DNA of 64,000 nucleotides from Opitutia bacterium UBA7441. Lineage in GTDB: Bacteria; Verrucomicrobiota; Verrucomicrobiia; Opitutales; Coraliomargaritaceae. Of the stretch, positions 13,438-24,611 are shown one piece after another. How positions within the stretch are numbered: position 1 is the stretch's first letter; each line of letters starts with the position of its first letter. The notes under the pieces were generated by a model, which was not told the origin of the DNA, ran no database searches, and worked only from the letters and a program-made list of their open reading frames with translations. The position numbers and the translations under genes are program-made. Location: positions 7,517 through 71,516 of the forward strand of contig DLQD01000152.1 of NCBI GenBank assembly GCA_002480015.1. Direction: 5' to 3'.

Positions 13438-14916
13438 ATGGCAAAAGATTGGTTAGAAGGCATTGAAGAAGAATACGATGTGGTCGTCGTCGGCTCTGGC
13501 TTGGGCGGACTGACAGGGGCGAACTACCTTGCGAAGAACGGACACAAGGTGCTCCTTCTTGAACACCACTATCAGTTTGGCGGCCTGGCTACGTGGTTTA
13601 AGCGCCCCGGAGGGCACATTTTCGATATCTCCCTGCATGGCTTCCCCTATGGCATGGTCAAGAGTTGTCGCAAATACTGGACCAAGGAGATCGCTGATTC
13701 GATCCACCAACTCAAGGACGTTCGCTTTATTAACCCGCAGATGGATGTCTGGACGTCCTTCGATCGCGAGGACTTCACGAATATCCTAGTCAATGACTTC
13801 AAGGTGGACCGCTCGCATGTCGAAGGCTTTTACGACCATCTGCGTAAGATGAACTTCTATGACGACAACACCCAGACCACAGGTGAAATGTTCGAGGAGT
13901 TTTTTCCCGGCCGCAGCGATGTGCACCGCCTCCTCATGGAACCGATCTCTTATGCCAACGGTTCCCACGTCGATGACCCTGCCATCACTTACGGGATCGT
14001 CTTTTCCAACTTTATGAGCAAGGGTGTCTTCACTTTTCAGGGCGGCACTGACACCCTGATCCAGAAGATGGTTGCTGAGCTCAAAAACAACGGCTGCGAA
14101 GTCCGTAAATGCGCCCTTGTCGATGGCATCGATGTGGAAGACGGCAAAGTCATCGGCGTCCGCGCCCGCAGCCAAAACACCGGCGACGAAGCATTTCCCG
14201 TCCGCCGGGTGAAGTGCAAGGCCGTGCTCTCCAACGCCAACGTGCGGAACACGATCGAGTATTTAGTCGGCGCGGACGAATTTCCCGAAGAGTTCGTCAA
14301 AGAAGTTAAAGCCGTGCGTAACAACACCAGCTCCTGTCAGGTTTACATGGGCATCAAAAAGGGTGAGACCATACCCAATATCGGTGACCTTGTCTTCACC
14401 TCCAAGGCGCCTGAGTATTCAATTGGTGAGCTCACCTCGATCCATACCAGCAGCCACACCTTCTCGGTCTATTATCCCGAGACGCGTCCGCATCTCCCCC
14501 AGGAACGCTATACCGTGGTCGCCTCGCTCAATGCCCGCTGGGACGAGTGGAACGACCTCAGCGACGAAGAATACGAAGCGGAAAAGGCCCGCATGTGCGA
14601 AGAATGTGTCAGCAGCCTTGAGACTTTTATCCCCGGCGTGCGCGATAAGATCGACCACATCGAAGCCGCCACCCCGCGCACCGTGAACCGCTACACCAAG
14701 TCGATGCAAGGCACCTCCTTCGGCACCAAGTTCGAAGGTCTCAAAGTCTCTATGGAGCTCTCCGACCATATCGAGGGCCTCTACCACGCTGGCTCCGTCG
14801 GCATCATCATGTCCGGCTGGCTCGGCACCATGAACTACGGTGTGATCACCGCCAACAAGATGGACAAGTGGCTCTACGAAAAGGGGAAGGGCGGCGTCGC
14901 CGCAACTGGTGTCTGA
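13438..14916 (+). CDS. Phytoene desaturase-family FAD-dependent oxidoreductase
   Basis: [10 protein letters not shown] Rossmann motif, 'QGGTDTL', '[11 protein letters not shown]', 'IEGLYHAG'. Confidence 0.85.
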   Translation: MAKDWLEGIEEEYDVVVVGSGLGGLTGANYLAKNGHKVLLLEHHYQFGGLATWFKRPGGHIFDISLHGFPYGMVKSCRKYWTKEIADSIHQLKDVRFINPQMDVWTSFDREDFTNILVNDFKVDRSHVEGFYDHLRKMNFYDDNTQTTGEMFEEFFPGRSDVHRLLMEPISYANGSHVDDPAITYGIVFSNFMSKGVFTFQGGTDTLIQKMVAELKNNGCEVRKCALVDGIDVEDGKVIGVRARSQNTGDEAFPVRRVKCKAVLSNANVRNTIEYLVGADEFPEEFVKEVKAVRNNTSSCQVYMGIKKGETIPNIGDLVFTSKAPEYSIGELTSIHTSSHTFSVYYPETRPHLPQERYTVVASLNARWDEWNDLSDEEYEAEKARMCEECVSSLETFIPGVRDKIDHIEAATPRTVNRYTKSMQGTSFGTKFEGLKVSMELSDHIEGLYHAGSVGIIMSGWLGTMNYGVITANKMDKWLYEKGKGGVAATGV

Positions 14917-15076
14917 CTGGTGGCTACTTTTGGTAGGCGTAGAAGTGAAGCATATTTTGTCCAGACGATAGGACGCCCAGTCGATTAGCAAGCTCATGTA
15001 GTATTTGGCTTTACTGGCACCGATAGCCTTTTTGAGGCTTGCCCGGAGCATCGGTGCTTTTATGCATCGTGCATCT

Positions 15077-16702
15077 ATGTTATTTGCCCTACTTGTTTCC
15101 TCTGCCGTGTTGTTGGCGTTGGCCTATCGTTTTTACGGCCGGTTCCTGGAGAGCCGTTGCGGGATCGAGCCAGATCGTGAGACGCCGGCCTGCGAGATCA
15201 ACGACGGGGTGGACTATGTGCCGACGCGGGCTTCGGTGCTTTTCGGGCACCATTTCTCCTCCATCGCCGGCGCGGGGCCGATTGTGGGGCCGATCATTGC
15301 GGCCTCGGTCTTCGGCTGGTTGCCGACTTGGCTTTGGATTATCGTGGGCTCGATCTTTGTGGGTGGAGTGCATGATTTTGGCAGCACCTTGATGTCGCTC
15401 CGTGACCGGGGGCGCTCCATTACCGCGACCTGCCGTAACTTGATCGGGGAGACGACGGGTAAACTGTTTCTCATCTTCGTTATCATGGCCCTGGTCTATG
15501 TGATTGTGGTTTTCCTAGATCTGACGGTGGCCGGTTTCGTCAACGATCCGGCGGTGGCGACGTCTTCGGGGTGGTTCATTCTAGTGGCTTTAGCCTTCGG
15601 GCTCTGCGCGAAGCGGTCGGGTATTTCCTACAAAATTATGATCCCTGCCTTCGTCGCGCTGACCTATTTGGGCCTCTGGGTGGGCGTTAAATTTCCCGCG
15701 CCGGCTCTGGATAAAAACGTATGGATGGCGGCCGTGCTCGCCTATTGCTATTTGGCGGCGATCCTGCCGGTCGGGGTGCTCATGCAGCCCCGCGATTTTC
15801 TGAGCGCGACTTTCCTCTATGCGATCATGGCGCTGGGAGTGGTCGGGGTGTTCGCTTTTGACGGCGGCTTCGACCTGCCGGCCTATACGAGCTTCGAGCC
15901 GAAGGACTGGAGCTATCTGGTGCCTTTTCTTTTCATCACTGTCGCCTGCGGTGCGTGCAGCGGTTTCCACAGCATCGTGAGTAGCGGCACGACTTCGAAG
16001 CAGATCCAGACGGAGCGCGATGTGAAAAAAGTCTCCTACGGCGCCATGTTGGTAGAGGGCTTGTTGGCCGTCTTCGCGCTAGCTTGCGTGGGCGTCTCGG
16101 GCGGCATCGGCGAGGGCGGTCCCGTGCAAGCCTTCGCCCGCGGTTCGGCGCTCTTCTTCAACACGATCGGTGTGCCGCAAGAGCTCGGCATGACCTTTGC
16201 GACCTTGGCGGTGAGCACCTTCCTATTGACAACGCTGGACACCTGCACGCGTTTGACGCGGTTCCTCCTCGAAGAACTTTTCGACTGGCGCGGGGCAGGA
16301 AGCCGCTACCTCGGCTCTTTGCTTGTGCTACTTCTGCCGGCGCTGGCGGGCTTCGCTACCTTTACCGCACCCGACGGCAGCGTGCTGCCAGCATGGAAGG
16401 CAGTCTGGCCGCTCTTCGGTGCGACGAACCAATTGCTAGCGGCGCTCGCGCTGATCACCTTCGTGGTCTTCCTCAAGCACCGCCGTATCGCTTTCGGCTT
16501 CGCGCTGATCCCGGCCGCGGTGATGGTCGTCATGCCCGTGCTCGCGCTGGTCATGATGGTGATCCAATGCGGCCCTTTCAGCTTGCTCGGCGGCATCGCG
16601 TTGGGCATGGTGCTGCTCGGCATCTATGTGACCTTTATGTCGGTGAAATTCGTTTTGGCGCCACCGGTGCCGGATGTGGTGGCGGATCGAGGTGTTGATT
16701 GA
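15077..16702 (+). CDS. cstA: Carbon starvation CstA family transporter
   Basis: [61 protein letters not shown]. Confidence 0.93.
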   Translation: MLFALLVSSAVLLALAYRFYGRFLESRCGIEPDRETPACEINDGVDYVPTRASVLFGHHFSSIAGAGPIVGPIIAASVFGWLPTWLWIIVGSIFVGGVHDFGSTLMSLRDRGRSITATCRNLIGETTGKLFLIFVIMALVYVIVVFLDLTVAGFVNDPAVATSSGWFILVALAFGLCAKRSGISYKIMIPAFVALTYLGLWVGVKFPAPALDKNVWMAAVLAYCYLAAILPVGVLMQPRDFLSATFLYAIMALGVVGVFAFDGGFDLPAYTSFEPKDWSYLVPFLFITVACGACSGFHSIVSSGTTSKQIQTERDVKKVSYGAMLVEGLLAVFALACVGVSGGIGEGGPVQAFARGSALFFNTIGVPQELGMTFATLAVSTFLLTTLDTCTRLTRFLLEELFDWRGAGSRYLGSLLVLLLPALAGFATFTAPDGSVLPAWKAVWPLFGATNQLLAALALITFVVFLKHRRIAFGFALIPAAVMVVMPVLALVMMVIQCGPFSLLGGIALGMVLLGIYVTFMSVKFVLAPPVPDVVADRGVD

Positions 16703-16760
16703 TGCGCAGGAAATTGAGTATTCCCGCAAGGGCCACAATCTTTATCTAAGGGAACAGATC

Positions 16761-16790
16761 GACAGAGTCGGGCGGACGCTCTATCCCTAC
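16761..16790 (-). repeat. Degenerate GTAG-footed REP-like hairpin
   Basis: Minus strand reads GTAG-G-GATAGAG-CGTCCGCCCGA-CTCTGTC. Confidence 0.4.
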
Positions 16791-17011
16791 TCGTCTATCA
16801 CCGGTACTTCGGGCGGCAACACCTCGGGGCGATTTCCGGGCTCTTTATGACGACCGTGGTCCTTGCGAGCGCGGTGGGACCGTTTCTCTTCAGTCTTGCG
16901 GAAGTCTATCTCGACGGCTATCGGACTGGCTTTGCCTTTTCCGCTTTAGCCGCTGGGGCAATTGCTCTGACTTCATTGCGGGCGGACAATTCGCAGCGGC
17001 GGAAAGGGTAG
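16787..17011 (+). pseudogene. C-terminal remnant of an MFS transporter (last two TM helices)
   Basis: Manual translation: LLVYHRYFGRQHLGAISGLFMTTVVLASAVGPFLFSLAEVYLDGYRTGFAFSALAAGAIALTSLRADNSQRRKG*. In-frame TGA at 16715 and no start codon before the homologous part. Confidence 0.75.
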
Positions 17012-17082
17012 CCCGATGCTTCAGCAAGGGTTGTTGCGGTTCGCCTCATCGGCACGTTTGAAGTGCTTGCTAAAGCTGCACG

Positions 17083-17643
17083 CTACGAGCCGGACGCACT
17101 CTTCACCAACTGGGTGAAATCGCGGAAATTTGGGTGTTCGGCGCTGCCGAGGAGGCTGTAAAAAATGGTTTCGCTGGGGAGAACATGGGCGTCCATGGCG
17201 AGGAGTTGCTCTAGCACGGGGGCGCGGTCTTCGGCGCGGCGTTCGCTGATACAGTCGGCGAGCAGGGTGACGCCGATGTCTTCGCCGAGGGCTTGGACGG
17301 CGGTCTGGTAGACGCAGATCGAACTCTCGATCCCCGCAATGAGAAGGTGGTCGATCTGGTTGGCTTCGATCCAGCGGTGGAGGCCTTCGGCTTCGAAAGC
17401 GGAGAAGGCGCTCTTCTCGAAGACCGGCGTGTTGGGATCCCAGATGGAAGTCAGCGCCTCAGTTGTCGTGCCGAGCTTTTCCGGGAGTTGTTCCGTCGCG
17501 GCGACGGCGACACCGAGCAGTTCGGCCGCCTGTAGTGCGAAGCGCGTGCGCCGGAGCAGGCGCTCACGGTCGGGCATGGCTTTGAGGAAGACGTCTTGGA
17601 AATCGATGAGCAGGAGGCCGAGGTGTTGGGTTGGGTCGGACAT
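17083..17643 (-). CDS. Isochorismatase family (YcaC/ISOC-like) hydrolase
   Basis: LLLIDFQ, TEQLPEKLG, KSAFSAF, GIESSICVYQT. Confidence 0.9.
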   Translation of the reverse strand: MSDPTQHLGLLLIDFQDVFLKAMPDRERLLRRTRFALQAAELLGVAVAATEQLPEKLGTTTEALTSIWDPNTPVFEKSAFSAFEAEGLHRWIEANQIDHLLIAGIESSICVYQTAVQALGEDIGVTLLADCISERRAEDRAPVLEQLLAMDAHVLPSETIFYSLLGSAEHPNFRDFTQLVKSASGS

Positions 17644-17647
17644 AAGA

Positions 17648-17690
17648 AAGTGGGGAGTGGGGAGTGGGGAGTGGAAAGTGGGGGAGTGGG
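17648..17690 (+). repeat. (AGTGGGG)n heptamer tandem repeat; G-quadruplex motif
   Basis: GGGG-AGT-GGGG-AGT-GGGG-AGTGGAAAGT-GGGGG-AGT-GGG fills the intergenic spacer. Confidence 0.9.
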
Positions 17691-17694
17691 ATAC

Positions 17695-18375
17695 CTAAAC
17701 CGGATCGGGGAGTCGCTTGCTGTGGGCATAGGCTTTGCGGGCGCGGACTTGGACGAGTGATTTGTCTTCGACTATGTATGCGGTGAGATGTCCGCCGTAA
17801 ACGCAGCCGGTGTCGATACCGATCGAGCCGGGGCGTTCGAGCACGTTGGGGCGGGGCGTGTGGCCGTAGATGACGAAAGGGCGGCCTCCCCAGGTGTCCG
17901 CCCACGGCGGTGCGTTGGGCTCATCGGAGCGTTTGGCAGGTTTGCCTTTTTTGTCGATCACTTGAATTTTCGTAATCGTTTCGACGGATTGGGTCTGCCA
18001 GGGCATACCAGGCAAGAAGCCGCCATGCACGAGGACGGTCTCGATTGTGACATCATAGAGGTATTTGGGCATAGCTTCGAGGAAGTGCCAGTCCTTGGAG
18101 GTCAACTGTGCGATTGTTTGGCGATCATAGTCTTTAAGGAGACTGGGCTTCTTTTTACTACGAGCGGTGAGTAGCCGCAGCTCGTGGTTGCCGATAATCG
18201 CTTCGACTTTAAACGCACGTGCCAGTTCGATCACGCGGTGGCTGTCGGGCCCCCGATTGACGAGGTCGCCTACTTGAATCACCCGGTCTTCGGGCTCCAG
18301 TTCGAGGGCGTTGAGTAGTTCTTCGAATTCGTCGGCGCAGCCGTGGACGTCTCCGATGGCAATAGTTCTTGGCAT
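17695..18375 (-). CDS. Calcineurin-like metallophosphoesterase (PrpE/ApaH-like)
   Basis: GDVHG, GDLVNRG, GNHE, VHGG, YGH, IDTGCVYGG. Confidence 0.92.
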   Translation of the reverse strand: MPRTIAIGDVHGCADEFEELLNALELEPEDRVIQVGDLVNRGPDSHRVIELARAFKVEAIIGNHELRLLTARSKKKPSLLKDYDRQTIAQLTSKDWHFLEAMPKYLYDVTIETVLVHGGFLPGMPWQTQSVETITKIQVIDKKGKPAKRSDEPNAPPWADTWGGRPFVIYGHTPRPNVLERPGSIGIDTGCVYGGHLTAYIVEDKSLVQVRARKAYAHSKRLPDPV

Positions 18376-18542
18376 GTGTTGGGTCGATGTGTCGATAAGG
18401 TTTCGTCAATGCTCAGGTTTCAGCCACGGCGGATGCCTGCAAGAACATTTCCACGCCTATCGACAATCTACGCTGAGTGCTGGGTTTTGGTTGCAAGATG
18501 GAACGCGCTTGGCAGGCTCGGGGACTTAAATTTTCTGCACGC

Positions 18543-19040
18543 ATGGAATGGCAAATTAAAACAATCGCCCGTAAATCGTCACTCAGTGGCGAGGCCTTCA
18601 TCCCGGGCGACCGCGTCGTCTGCTTGATTTTCAAAGACGACCAGGCTGGAGAACTCGGCCGTGCCGATCTGCGCCCTGATGAAATCGAGTCATTCGAGCT
18701 GCCTGGCGAAGTGCTCGGCCGCTGGTCACGCGTAGTCAAAGATCCGGACGACGAGGGTGCCCACGCCCGGGAGACGATGGCATCCGCGGAAGATTTTTTC
18801 TTTTCCCTCTACGAGAACGAGCAAGCTGAGGCTCAGGAGGAATCTGATATGCTTAAGCACCTCCTCTCACTCATGCTGGAGCGTAAACGTGTCCTCCGTG
18901 CTGTGGGCGAGCGGCAGAACAAGGGCGAGCAGCGCTACCTCCACGTTAAAACCAAGCGTGAGTTAACCGTGCCGATTGTCGATATTTCCACTGAGCTCAT
19001 GCTCAAAATCGAAGACACCATTGGGGATATTATCCTCTAA
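18543..19040 (+). CDS. Conserved hypothetical protein
   Basis: Coherent coding ORF (MEWQIK...LMLERKRVLR) heading a tight three-gene operon. Confidence 0.75.
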   Translation: MEWQIKTIARKSSLSGEAFIPGDRVVCLIFKDDQAGELGRADLRPDEIESFELPGEVLGRWSRVVKDPDDEGAHARETMASAEDFFFSLYENEQAEAQEESDMLKHLLSLMLERKRVLRAVGERQNKGEQRYLHVKTKRELTVPIVDISTELMLKIEDTIGDIIL

Positions 19041-19055
19041 CCACAGACCTAATAT

Positions 19056-19559
19056 ATGCGCCGTTCAACTTTGCCTGTACTCTTCCTCGCCCTCTTTGTC
19101 TTCGCTACCCTTGGCGGCTGTCGGAAAGCCGCCGTGCTCGAAAATGCGATGGTGCCACGGCTTTTGATCGAGACGCGGGGAGTCAACTATGGTGCTCTTG
19201 GCGGTGATGTTGTGACGCTGCCAGTAAGTGGGACTTCGATCGCTGTGCAGGCACAGCCTCTGGTCAGCGAGTTCGAAATTCTTAATGTAGAGCAGGTCAA
19301 AGTTGACATGGGGATGGCCTTGCTCGTGCAAATTAGCCCTAAAGGTGCGCGTGAGCTCTATCGGGGATCGGTCTCCAACATGGGCGGCCGCATCGTGTTC
19401 ACAGTCAACGGTAACGCTATCGGCGCACGCCGGATCGACGGCGCCATCCAAGATGGCAATTTCTACACCTTTGTCGAAGTGGACGACGCCGAGCTGGCTC
19501 AGCTTGTGCTCGATATGAAAGAGACTCTCGTTCATATCCAGAACGAAAAAAACAATTAG
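19056..19559 (+). CDS. Lipoprotein resembling a stand-alone SecD P1-head subdomain
   Basis: Lipobox LGGC. 'VQISPKGARELYRGSVSNMGGRIVFTVNG..IGARRIDGAIQDG' parallels the head of SecD at 49173 ('MTSEGADTFRQVTERMVGEPLAIVLDG..YSAPTIQGVL'). Confidence 0.6.
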   Translation: MRRSTLPVLFLALFVFATLGGCRKAAVLENAMVPRLLIETRGVNYGALGGDVVTLPVSGTSIAVQAQPLVSEFEILNVEQVKVDMGMALLVQISPKGARELYRGSVSNMGGRIVFTVNGNAIGARRIDGAIQDGNFYTFVEVDDAELAQLVLDMKETLVHIQNEKNN

Positions 19560-19583
19560 TCCCGCAAGCGACTTGCCTGGACA

Positions 19584-20591
19584 ATGAAGACCGCAACGAT
19601 TTCCCGACTCCTTCCCTGCCTTTTCTTAGTGTTTGCCGCTAAGGCCGGCATTATATGGCCGACGCCCAACCCAGCCTTTCAAAACGGCCAGCCAATCGAG
19701 GCGTACATCCAGCCTACCGCGTCTGGCGTGCCCGAGTCCGGACTTTTCGGCTGCGTGCGCAACAGTGGGAGCCGCTTTCATGAGGGAATCGATCTTTATC
19801 CGATCAAACGTGACAGCCGTGGCGAAGCATTGGATCCAGTGTATGCCGTCCTACCGGGACGGGTTGTCCATGTCAGTCGCGTCGCCGGATACAGCAGTTA
19901 TGGCCGCTATGTGGTGATCGAGCACGATGGGGAAGTTCCAGCTTACCACACGCTTTATGCGCATCTCGCCACAGTAGGGGACGGTATCATGCCAGGGGTT
20001 CGGGTCGAAGCCGGCACCGTGCTTGGTATTATGGGCCGTTCGGCCACCTATAGTATCCCTCGTCAGCGAGCGCACGTCCACTTCGAGATCGGCTTTCGCC
20101 TGACCGATCATTTTCAGTCCTGGTATCACCAGCAGACGTTCGACAGTAAAAATCGCCATGGCGTCTGGAACGGGATGAATTTGGTCAGTGTCGACCCCCT
20201 CGCATTCTACAAAGCCCTTCGCAAGGGTGAGGTCAAAAACCTCTACGAGCATCTAAAACGCCTGCCTGCCGTGGCTCGCATCCGAGTTTACAGTGATCAG
20301 GTGCCGGACTTCCTGAAGAACTATCCCGCTCTCGCCACGAGGCCCTTTGAAGGGCGCGCAGTCGTGGCCTGGGACATCGCCTTCACCGAATACGGCGTGC
20401 CCAGGGAGTGGACGCCGCGCTTCGCCTCAGAAGGCCTCCCTGGCCATCCCGGCGATGTGACGGTGATCGCTTATAATCCGACGCTACTCGAGGCGCAAAT
20501 GTGCCGCCGTGTCTTGGACGTTGGCGGTAGCAAGCCGACGATTACTTCCGGCACGCTCACCACGATCAAGAAGTTATTTCAGTTTAAGTAG
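19584..20591 (+). CDS. M23 family metallopeptidase
   Basis: HEGID (HxxxD), YAHL, HVHFE (HxH) and a signal peptide. Confidence 0.92.
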   Translation: MKTATISRLLPCLFLVFAAKAGIIWPTPNPAFQNGQPIEAYIQPTASGVPESGLFGCVRNSGSRFHEGIDLYPIKRDSRGEALDPVYAVLPGRVVHVSRVAGYSSYGRYVVIEHDGEVPAYHTLYAHLATVGDGIMPGVRVEAGTVLGIMGRSATYSIPRQRAHVHFEIGFRLTDHFQSWYHQQTFDSKNRHGVWNGMNLVSVDPLAFYKALRKGEVKNLYEHLKRLPAVARIRVYSDQVPDFLKNYPALATRPFEGRAVVAWDIAFTEYGVPREWTPRFASEGLPGHPGDVTVIAYNPTLLEAQMCRRVLDVGGSKPTITSGTLTTIKKLFQFK

Positions 20592-20619
20592 GCGCTTCAC
20601 ATGTGAAGCCCGTAAGATC

Positions 20620-23169
20620 TTAGGTCTCTTTTGTCGCCTTTCTGGCCGCTTTCTTCGCCGGGCGAGGTGCGAACTCGAAGCCAATCTTGCCTGTTCCGAA
20701 GTCCAAGGTCAGGTGAGCTTTAAAGGGACGCTTGGTGCGCTTGGAGACAAAGCCGTCAAGGAGTGGGGTCTTGCCCTCGGTAAAGAGCTTTTCGACCTCG
20801 GTCGCTTGGAGCTCTTTTTGAAGTATGGTCTTGCCGAGGCGGAAACCTTCGGGTGCATCGTTGGTCTTGAGCTGGGGCACGTGGTAGGCCTTCTCGGTTT
20901 CGTAAAGCTTGGCCTCGGTGCCGTCGGGCAGGGTGAAAGTTTTGATGACCTGCTCGTGCTTGAGCTCTTCAACCGAGACGGGCTCATCGCCGTCGAAGAC
21001 AAACTCGGTCTTCCATTTGCCAATCTTGCCGGTCTTGGAAACAGACGGAGCAAGTTTAAGTGCCGCGCTGAAGGGCTTATTGAAACGGGAGACGAAACCA
21101 TCGATTTCGGGTAACTGCTTAGTCGAGATAAGTTCCTTCGCTTCGTTCTCGCTTAGTTTACGGCCGGCGATGTGTTTGGAGATACGGAAATCGCACGCTT
21201 GCTCGCGGCACTCGTAGGTGGCGTCAGTCTGCTTAAGGCGGGGCGCGCCGCAGGCCGGGCAGGGGCACTCCAAGTCGGGGAAGACGCGGTTGACTAGTGT
21301 TTGCATGTGGGAGCGGGCTTTTTCGACGACCTCTTCGGTGAAGTGGTTGATCTCTTGCATGAAGGCATCGCGCTTGATCTCGCCTTTTTCCATCTTGTTC
21401 AGCTTGGCTTCCCAGTCGCCTGTCATGGAAGGGCTACTGAGAGCCTGGATATCCATCTCCTCGCAAAGCTCGATCAGGCGTAGGCCTTTGCCGGTGACAT
21501 TGAGCTCGCGGCCTTCGCGGGCGATGTATTTTTGTCGGAGTAGGCCCTCGATCGTGGCGGCGCGGGTGGCGGGGGTGCCGAGGCCGCGCTCGGACATGGC
21601 TTCACGTAGTTCGTCGTCGTCGATCAGTTTGCCGGCACCTTCCATCGCGGCAAGCAGAGTTGACTCGGTGTAGCGCGCGGGCGGATTGGTCGTCTTGTCT
21701 TCCACTGCAATCGCTTCGCTCTGAGCTGTCTCGCCATCGGAGACTCCGACCAGCTCGTCCTTGCTGGTGGCGACCCCGGCCACGCGGCCATAGACAGCCA
21801 GCCAGCCCGGCTCGGTCAGCGTTTTGCCATTCGTCAGGAAGGTGTCCTTTTCGTCGCCGTGGTGGATCGTAGTGAGGCGTTTGGTGACCTCAAACTCGGC
21901 GTGTGGGAAGAAGACGGCGATGAAGCGCTTGACGACCATCTCGTAGAGCTTGGATTCCTGCTCGTTGAGTTTGACGACCCGTCCAGTCGGGATGATCGCG
22001 AAGTGATCGGAAACTTTGGCGTTATTGAAGATACGCTTGTTGAAGCTGATACGGTCTTCCTCGATGGCCTTGGCCGCCCACTTGGCGACGGGGTGGCCGG
22101 AGCTGGCCAATTCGCGCATGGTCTCGTGGACTTTGTTCATATAGTCCTCGGGCAGGTAGCGCGAGTCCGTCCGCGGGTAGGTCAGCATCTTGTGGCGCTC
22201 GTAGAGAGCTTGGGCCAGGCCGAGCGTATTCTTTGCGGTGAAAGGGGCTTCACGCTGGAGCGTGGTCAGGTCGTAGAGTTGAGGCGCAATCTGTTTGGTC
22301 GGCTTTTTCACTTCGGTCACAAGGCCTTCTTTCCCCTCACAGCGGGTGCGTATTTTGACAGCGGTTAACTTGTCCCAAATCCGTTCGGCTCGGCCCTGCG
22401 GCTGGGCGGGGTCTTTCTTCCAGCCGAGGTCGATCCATTTGCCCGGATAGTTGCCCTTGGCCACCGCGAAGTCGGCATGCACCTCCCAGTAGTCTTCCGG
22501 GTTAAAGGCTATGATTTCGCGCTCGCGCTTGGCGAGAATGGCGAGGGTGGGGGTTTGCACGCGGCCGGCGGCGGTGATGTTAAAGCCCCCATGACGGGAG
22601 CGGAAGCAGGTGAGCGCACGGGTGGAGTTGAGGCCGACCAGCCAGTCGGACTCGGAGCGGCACTTGGCGGCGTCGGCGAGGTTGGACATTTGCTCACCCT
22701 CGCGAAGCTTTGCCCAAGCTTCTTGGATCGCGCCCGTGGTCATCGATTGCATCCAGAGCCGCTTGACTGGCTTCTGAATCTCGCCGATGTCCATGATGTA
22801 TTGAAAGATGAGTTCACCTTCGCGGCCGGCGTCACATGCATTCACGATGACGTCGTATTCTTTTTTCTTAGCTAGGCTGAGCACATGCTTAAGGCGGCCA
22901 GCGCTTTGTTCGATCGGCTGAAGCTCGAATTTCTTGGGAATCGCGGGGAGCACGTTGAAGTTCCACGGCAGGTTCTTACCATTCGGGCCGGTCGGCATTT
23001 TCAACTCGACGAGGTGCCCGACGGCGGAGGTGATCGCGGCCTGGTCGCTTTCGAAGTAGGTCGCATCCCGAGACTTCCCTTTCTTGGCGAACTTGCCCAA
23101 TTGTTTGGTGAGGGCGCGGGAGAGGTCGGTCGCGACGGAAGGTTTCTCGGCGATAATTAAATATTTCAT
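20620..23169 (-). CDS. topB: DNA topoisomerase III (type IA) with Zn ribbon and C-terminal repeats
   Basis: [42 protein letters not shown] ribbon and two GFVS-K/R repeats. Confidence 0.92.
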   Translation of the reverse strand: MKYLIIAEKPSVATDLSRALTKQLGKFAKKGKSRDATYFESDQAAITSAVGHLVELKMPTGPNGKNLPWNFNVLPAIPKKFELQPIEQSAGRLKHVLSLAKKKEYDVIVNACDAGREGELIFQYIMDIGEIQKPVKRLWMQSMTTGAIQEAWAKLREGEQMSNLADAAKCRSESDWLVGLNSTRALTCFRSRHGGFNITAAGRVQTPTLAILAKREREIIAFNPEDYWEVHADFAVAKGNYPGKWIDLGWKKDPAQPQGRAERIWDKLTAVKIRTRCEGKEGLVTEVKKPTKQIAPQLYDLTTLQREAPFTAKNTLGLAQALYERHKMLTYPRTDSRYLPEDYMNKVHETMRELASSGHPVAKWAAKAIEEDRISFNKRIFNNAKVSDHFAIIPTGRVVKLNEQESKLYEMVVKRFIAVFFPHAEFEVTKRLTTIHHGDEKDTFLTNGKTLTEPGWLAVYGRVAGVATSKDELVGVSDGETAQSEAIAVEDKTTNPPARYTESTLLAAMEGAGKLIDDDELREAMSERGLGTPATRAATIEGLLRQKYIAREGRELNVTGKGLRLIELCEEMDIQALSSPSMTGDWEAKLNKMEKGEIKRDAFMQEINHFTEEVVEKARSHMQTLVNRVFPDLECPCPACGAPRLKQTDATYECREQACDFRISKHIAGRKLSENEAKELISTKQLPEIDGFVSRFNKPFSAALKLAPSVSKTGKIGKWKTEFVFDGDEPVSVEELKHEQVIKTFTLPDGTEAKLYETEKAYHVPQLKTNDAPEGFRLGKTILQKELQATEVEKLFTEGKTPLLDGFVSKRTKRPFKAHLTLDFGTGKIGFEFAPRPAKKAARKATKET

Positions 23170-23308
23170 AGACTATAGAAGCGGTGAAGCCTCCGCAAAT
23201 CGCGAAGGATCGCTGTTTTTTGGACAGAAAGCGGCGAATAGTACTGGCGTCAACCTTCTTTCTGGTTTTGAGATTCGCTTTCCCTCGAAGAAACGAATTT
23301 TCTGAACT

Positions 23309-24553
23309 ATGCCCTCCATACGCCGAATACGCTATAAGTTTGCGCGCGCAGCGGACGATTTTGCCCAGTTTACTGCTGACGTGATTTATGATCGTCGGCA
23401 TGGGCGTGGCGCTGAAATCATGGCGACATGCCTTTACGGGCTCTCCTTTCTGTTCAGCGGGATCGTGCAATTGCGCTGGTATCTCTATGAGCACCGCATC
23501 CTCCGCAATAAGCCTCTAGGCTGTCTTGTTGTGGTGGTGGGTAACCTCACCGTAGGTGGCACCGGTAAGACTCCAGTGGTCGAAAAAATCGCCCGTACCC
23601 TGACCGAGCGCGGGCGCAAGGTCGCGATCCTCAGTCGTGGTTATAAGAGCAAGAAGGAACCTTTGCCCAAAAAACTCTGGCGTAAGCTGACCCATGGCAC
23701 CGAAGCCCCGCCCAAAATCGTGAGCGACGGCAAGACTGTGCTGCTCGACTCTGACGTGGCGGGTGACGAACCCTACATGCTGGCGCGCAATCTTCCCGGC
23801 GTGGTCGTGCTCTGTGATAAGAATCGGGTCAAAGCCGGTTCCTTTGCCATCCGCCGATTTGGTTGCGACACCTTGATTCTTGACGACGGCTTCCAATACC
23901 TCCCGCTCAAGGGCAGGCTCAACCTCTTACTCGTTGATAAGACCAATCCTTTCGGCAACCAGCACCTCTTGCCCCGCGGCATTCTCCGCGAGCCGATCAA
24001 GCACCTCTCCCGCGCCAACTATATCTTCCTGACCAAGTCCGACGGCATTCGTGATGACGCATTGCTGGAGATGATCCGCGAGAACAATCCGAAGGCCGAA
24101 ATCATCGAGTGTGCCCACAAGCCACAATACCTGCAATCCGTCAACAGCGCCGAGCGCCTCTCGCTAGACGTCCTCAAAGGCGCCAGGGTCGGTGCCTTCA
24201 GCGGGATCGCCTCGCCCGAGAGTTTCGAAAATATGCTCCGCGACTTCGGTGCCGAGATTCGCTACAATCAGCGCTTCCTCGACCACCATCGCTTTACCCG
24301 TTACGAGATCGAACGCCTCTACCGCAAGGCAGGCAAGGCCGACCTTGAAATGATCGTGACGACCGAGAAGGATGCGGTCCGCCTCTTCGAGGACATTCAG
24401 GCACCCGTCCCCGTCTACTATCTGCGCCTCGAGATTGATATCCTCTCCGGCGAAGAAGACTTCGAGGGCGCGACCGAGCGGATCTGCCGTCCACGAACGA
24501 AAGAGCCCTCGATGACCCGTAGCCCTTGGTCGGAATCTCCGAAAGGGGCTTGA
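23309..24553 (+). CDS. lpxK: Tetraacyldisaccharide 4'-kinase
   Basis: [46 protein letters not shown]. Confidence 0.96.
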   Translation: MPSIRRIRYKFARAADDFAQFTADVIYDRRHGRGAEIMATCLYGLSFLFSGIVQLRWYLYEHRILRNKPLGCLVVVVGNLTVGGTGKTPVVEKIARTLTERGRKVAILSRGYKSKKEPLPKKLWRKLTHGTEAPPKIVSDGKTVLLDSDVAGDEPYMLARNLPGVVVLCDKNRVKAGSFAIRRFGCDTLILDDGFQYLPLKGRLNLLLVDKTNPFGNQHLLPRGILREPIKHLSRANYIFLTKSDGIRDDALLEMIRENNPKAEIIECAHKPQYLQSVNSAERLSLDVLKGARVGAFSGIASPESFENMLRDFGAEIRYNQRFLDHHRFTRYEIERLYRKAGKADLEMIVTTEKDAVRLFEDIQAPVPVYYLRLEIDILSGEEDFEGATERICRPRTKEPSMTRSPWSESPKGA

Positions 24554-24611
24554 TCTCACTATCGGTTTTCGACACTGCTTGTGTTTTCCTTCACTACCAA
24601 AAACTTTAAAT

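Noticed and set aside
17648-17690. Short repeats here and at 34084-34203 considered as a CRISPR array
   Set aside because: Period of 7 nt with no unique spacers and no cas genes.
20620-23169. topB as a marker of an ICE or plasmid
   Set aside because: Flanked by core genes (lpxK), with no conjugation or integrase genes.
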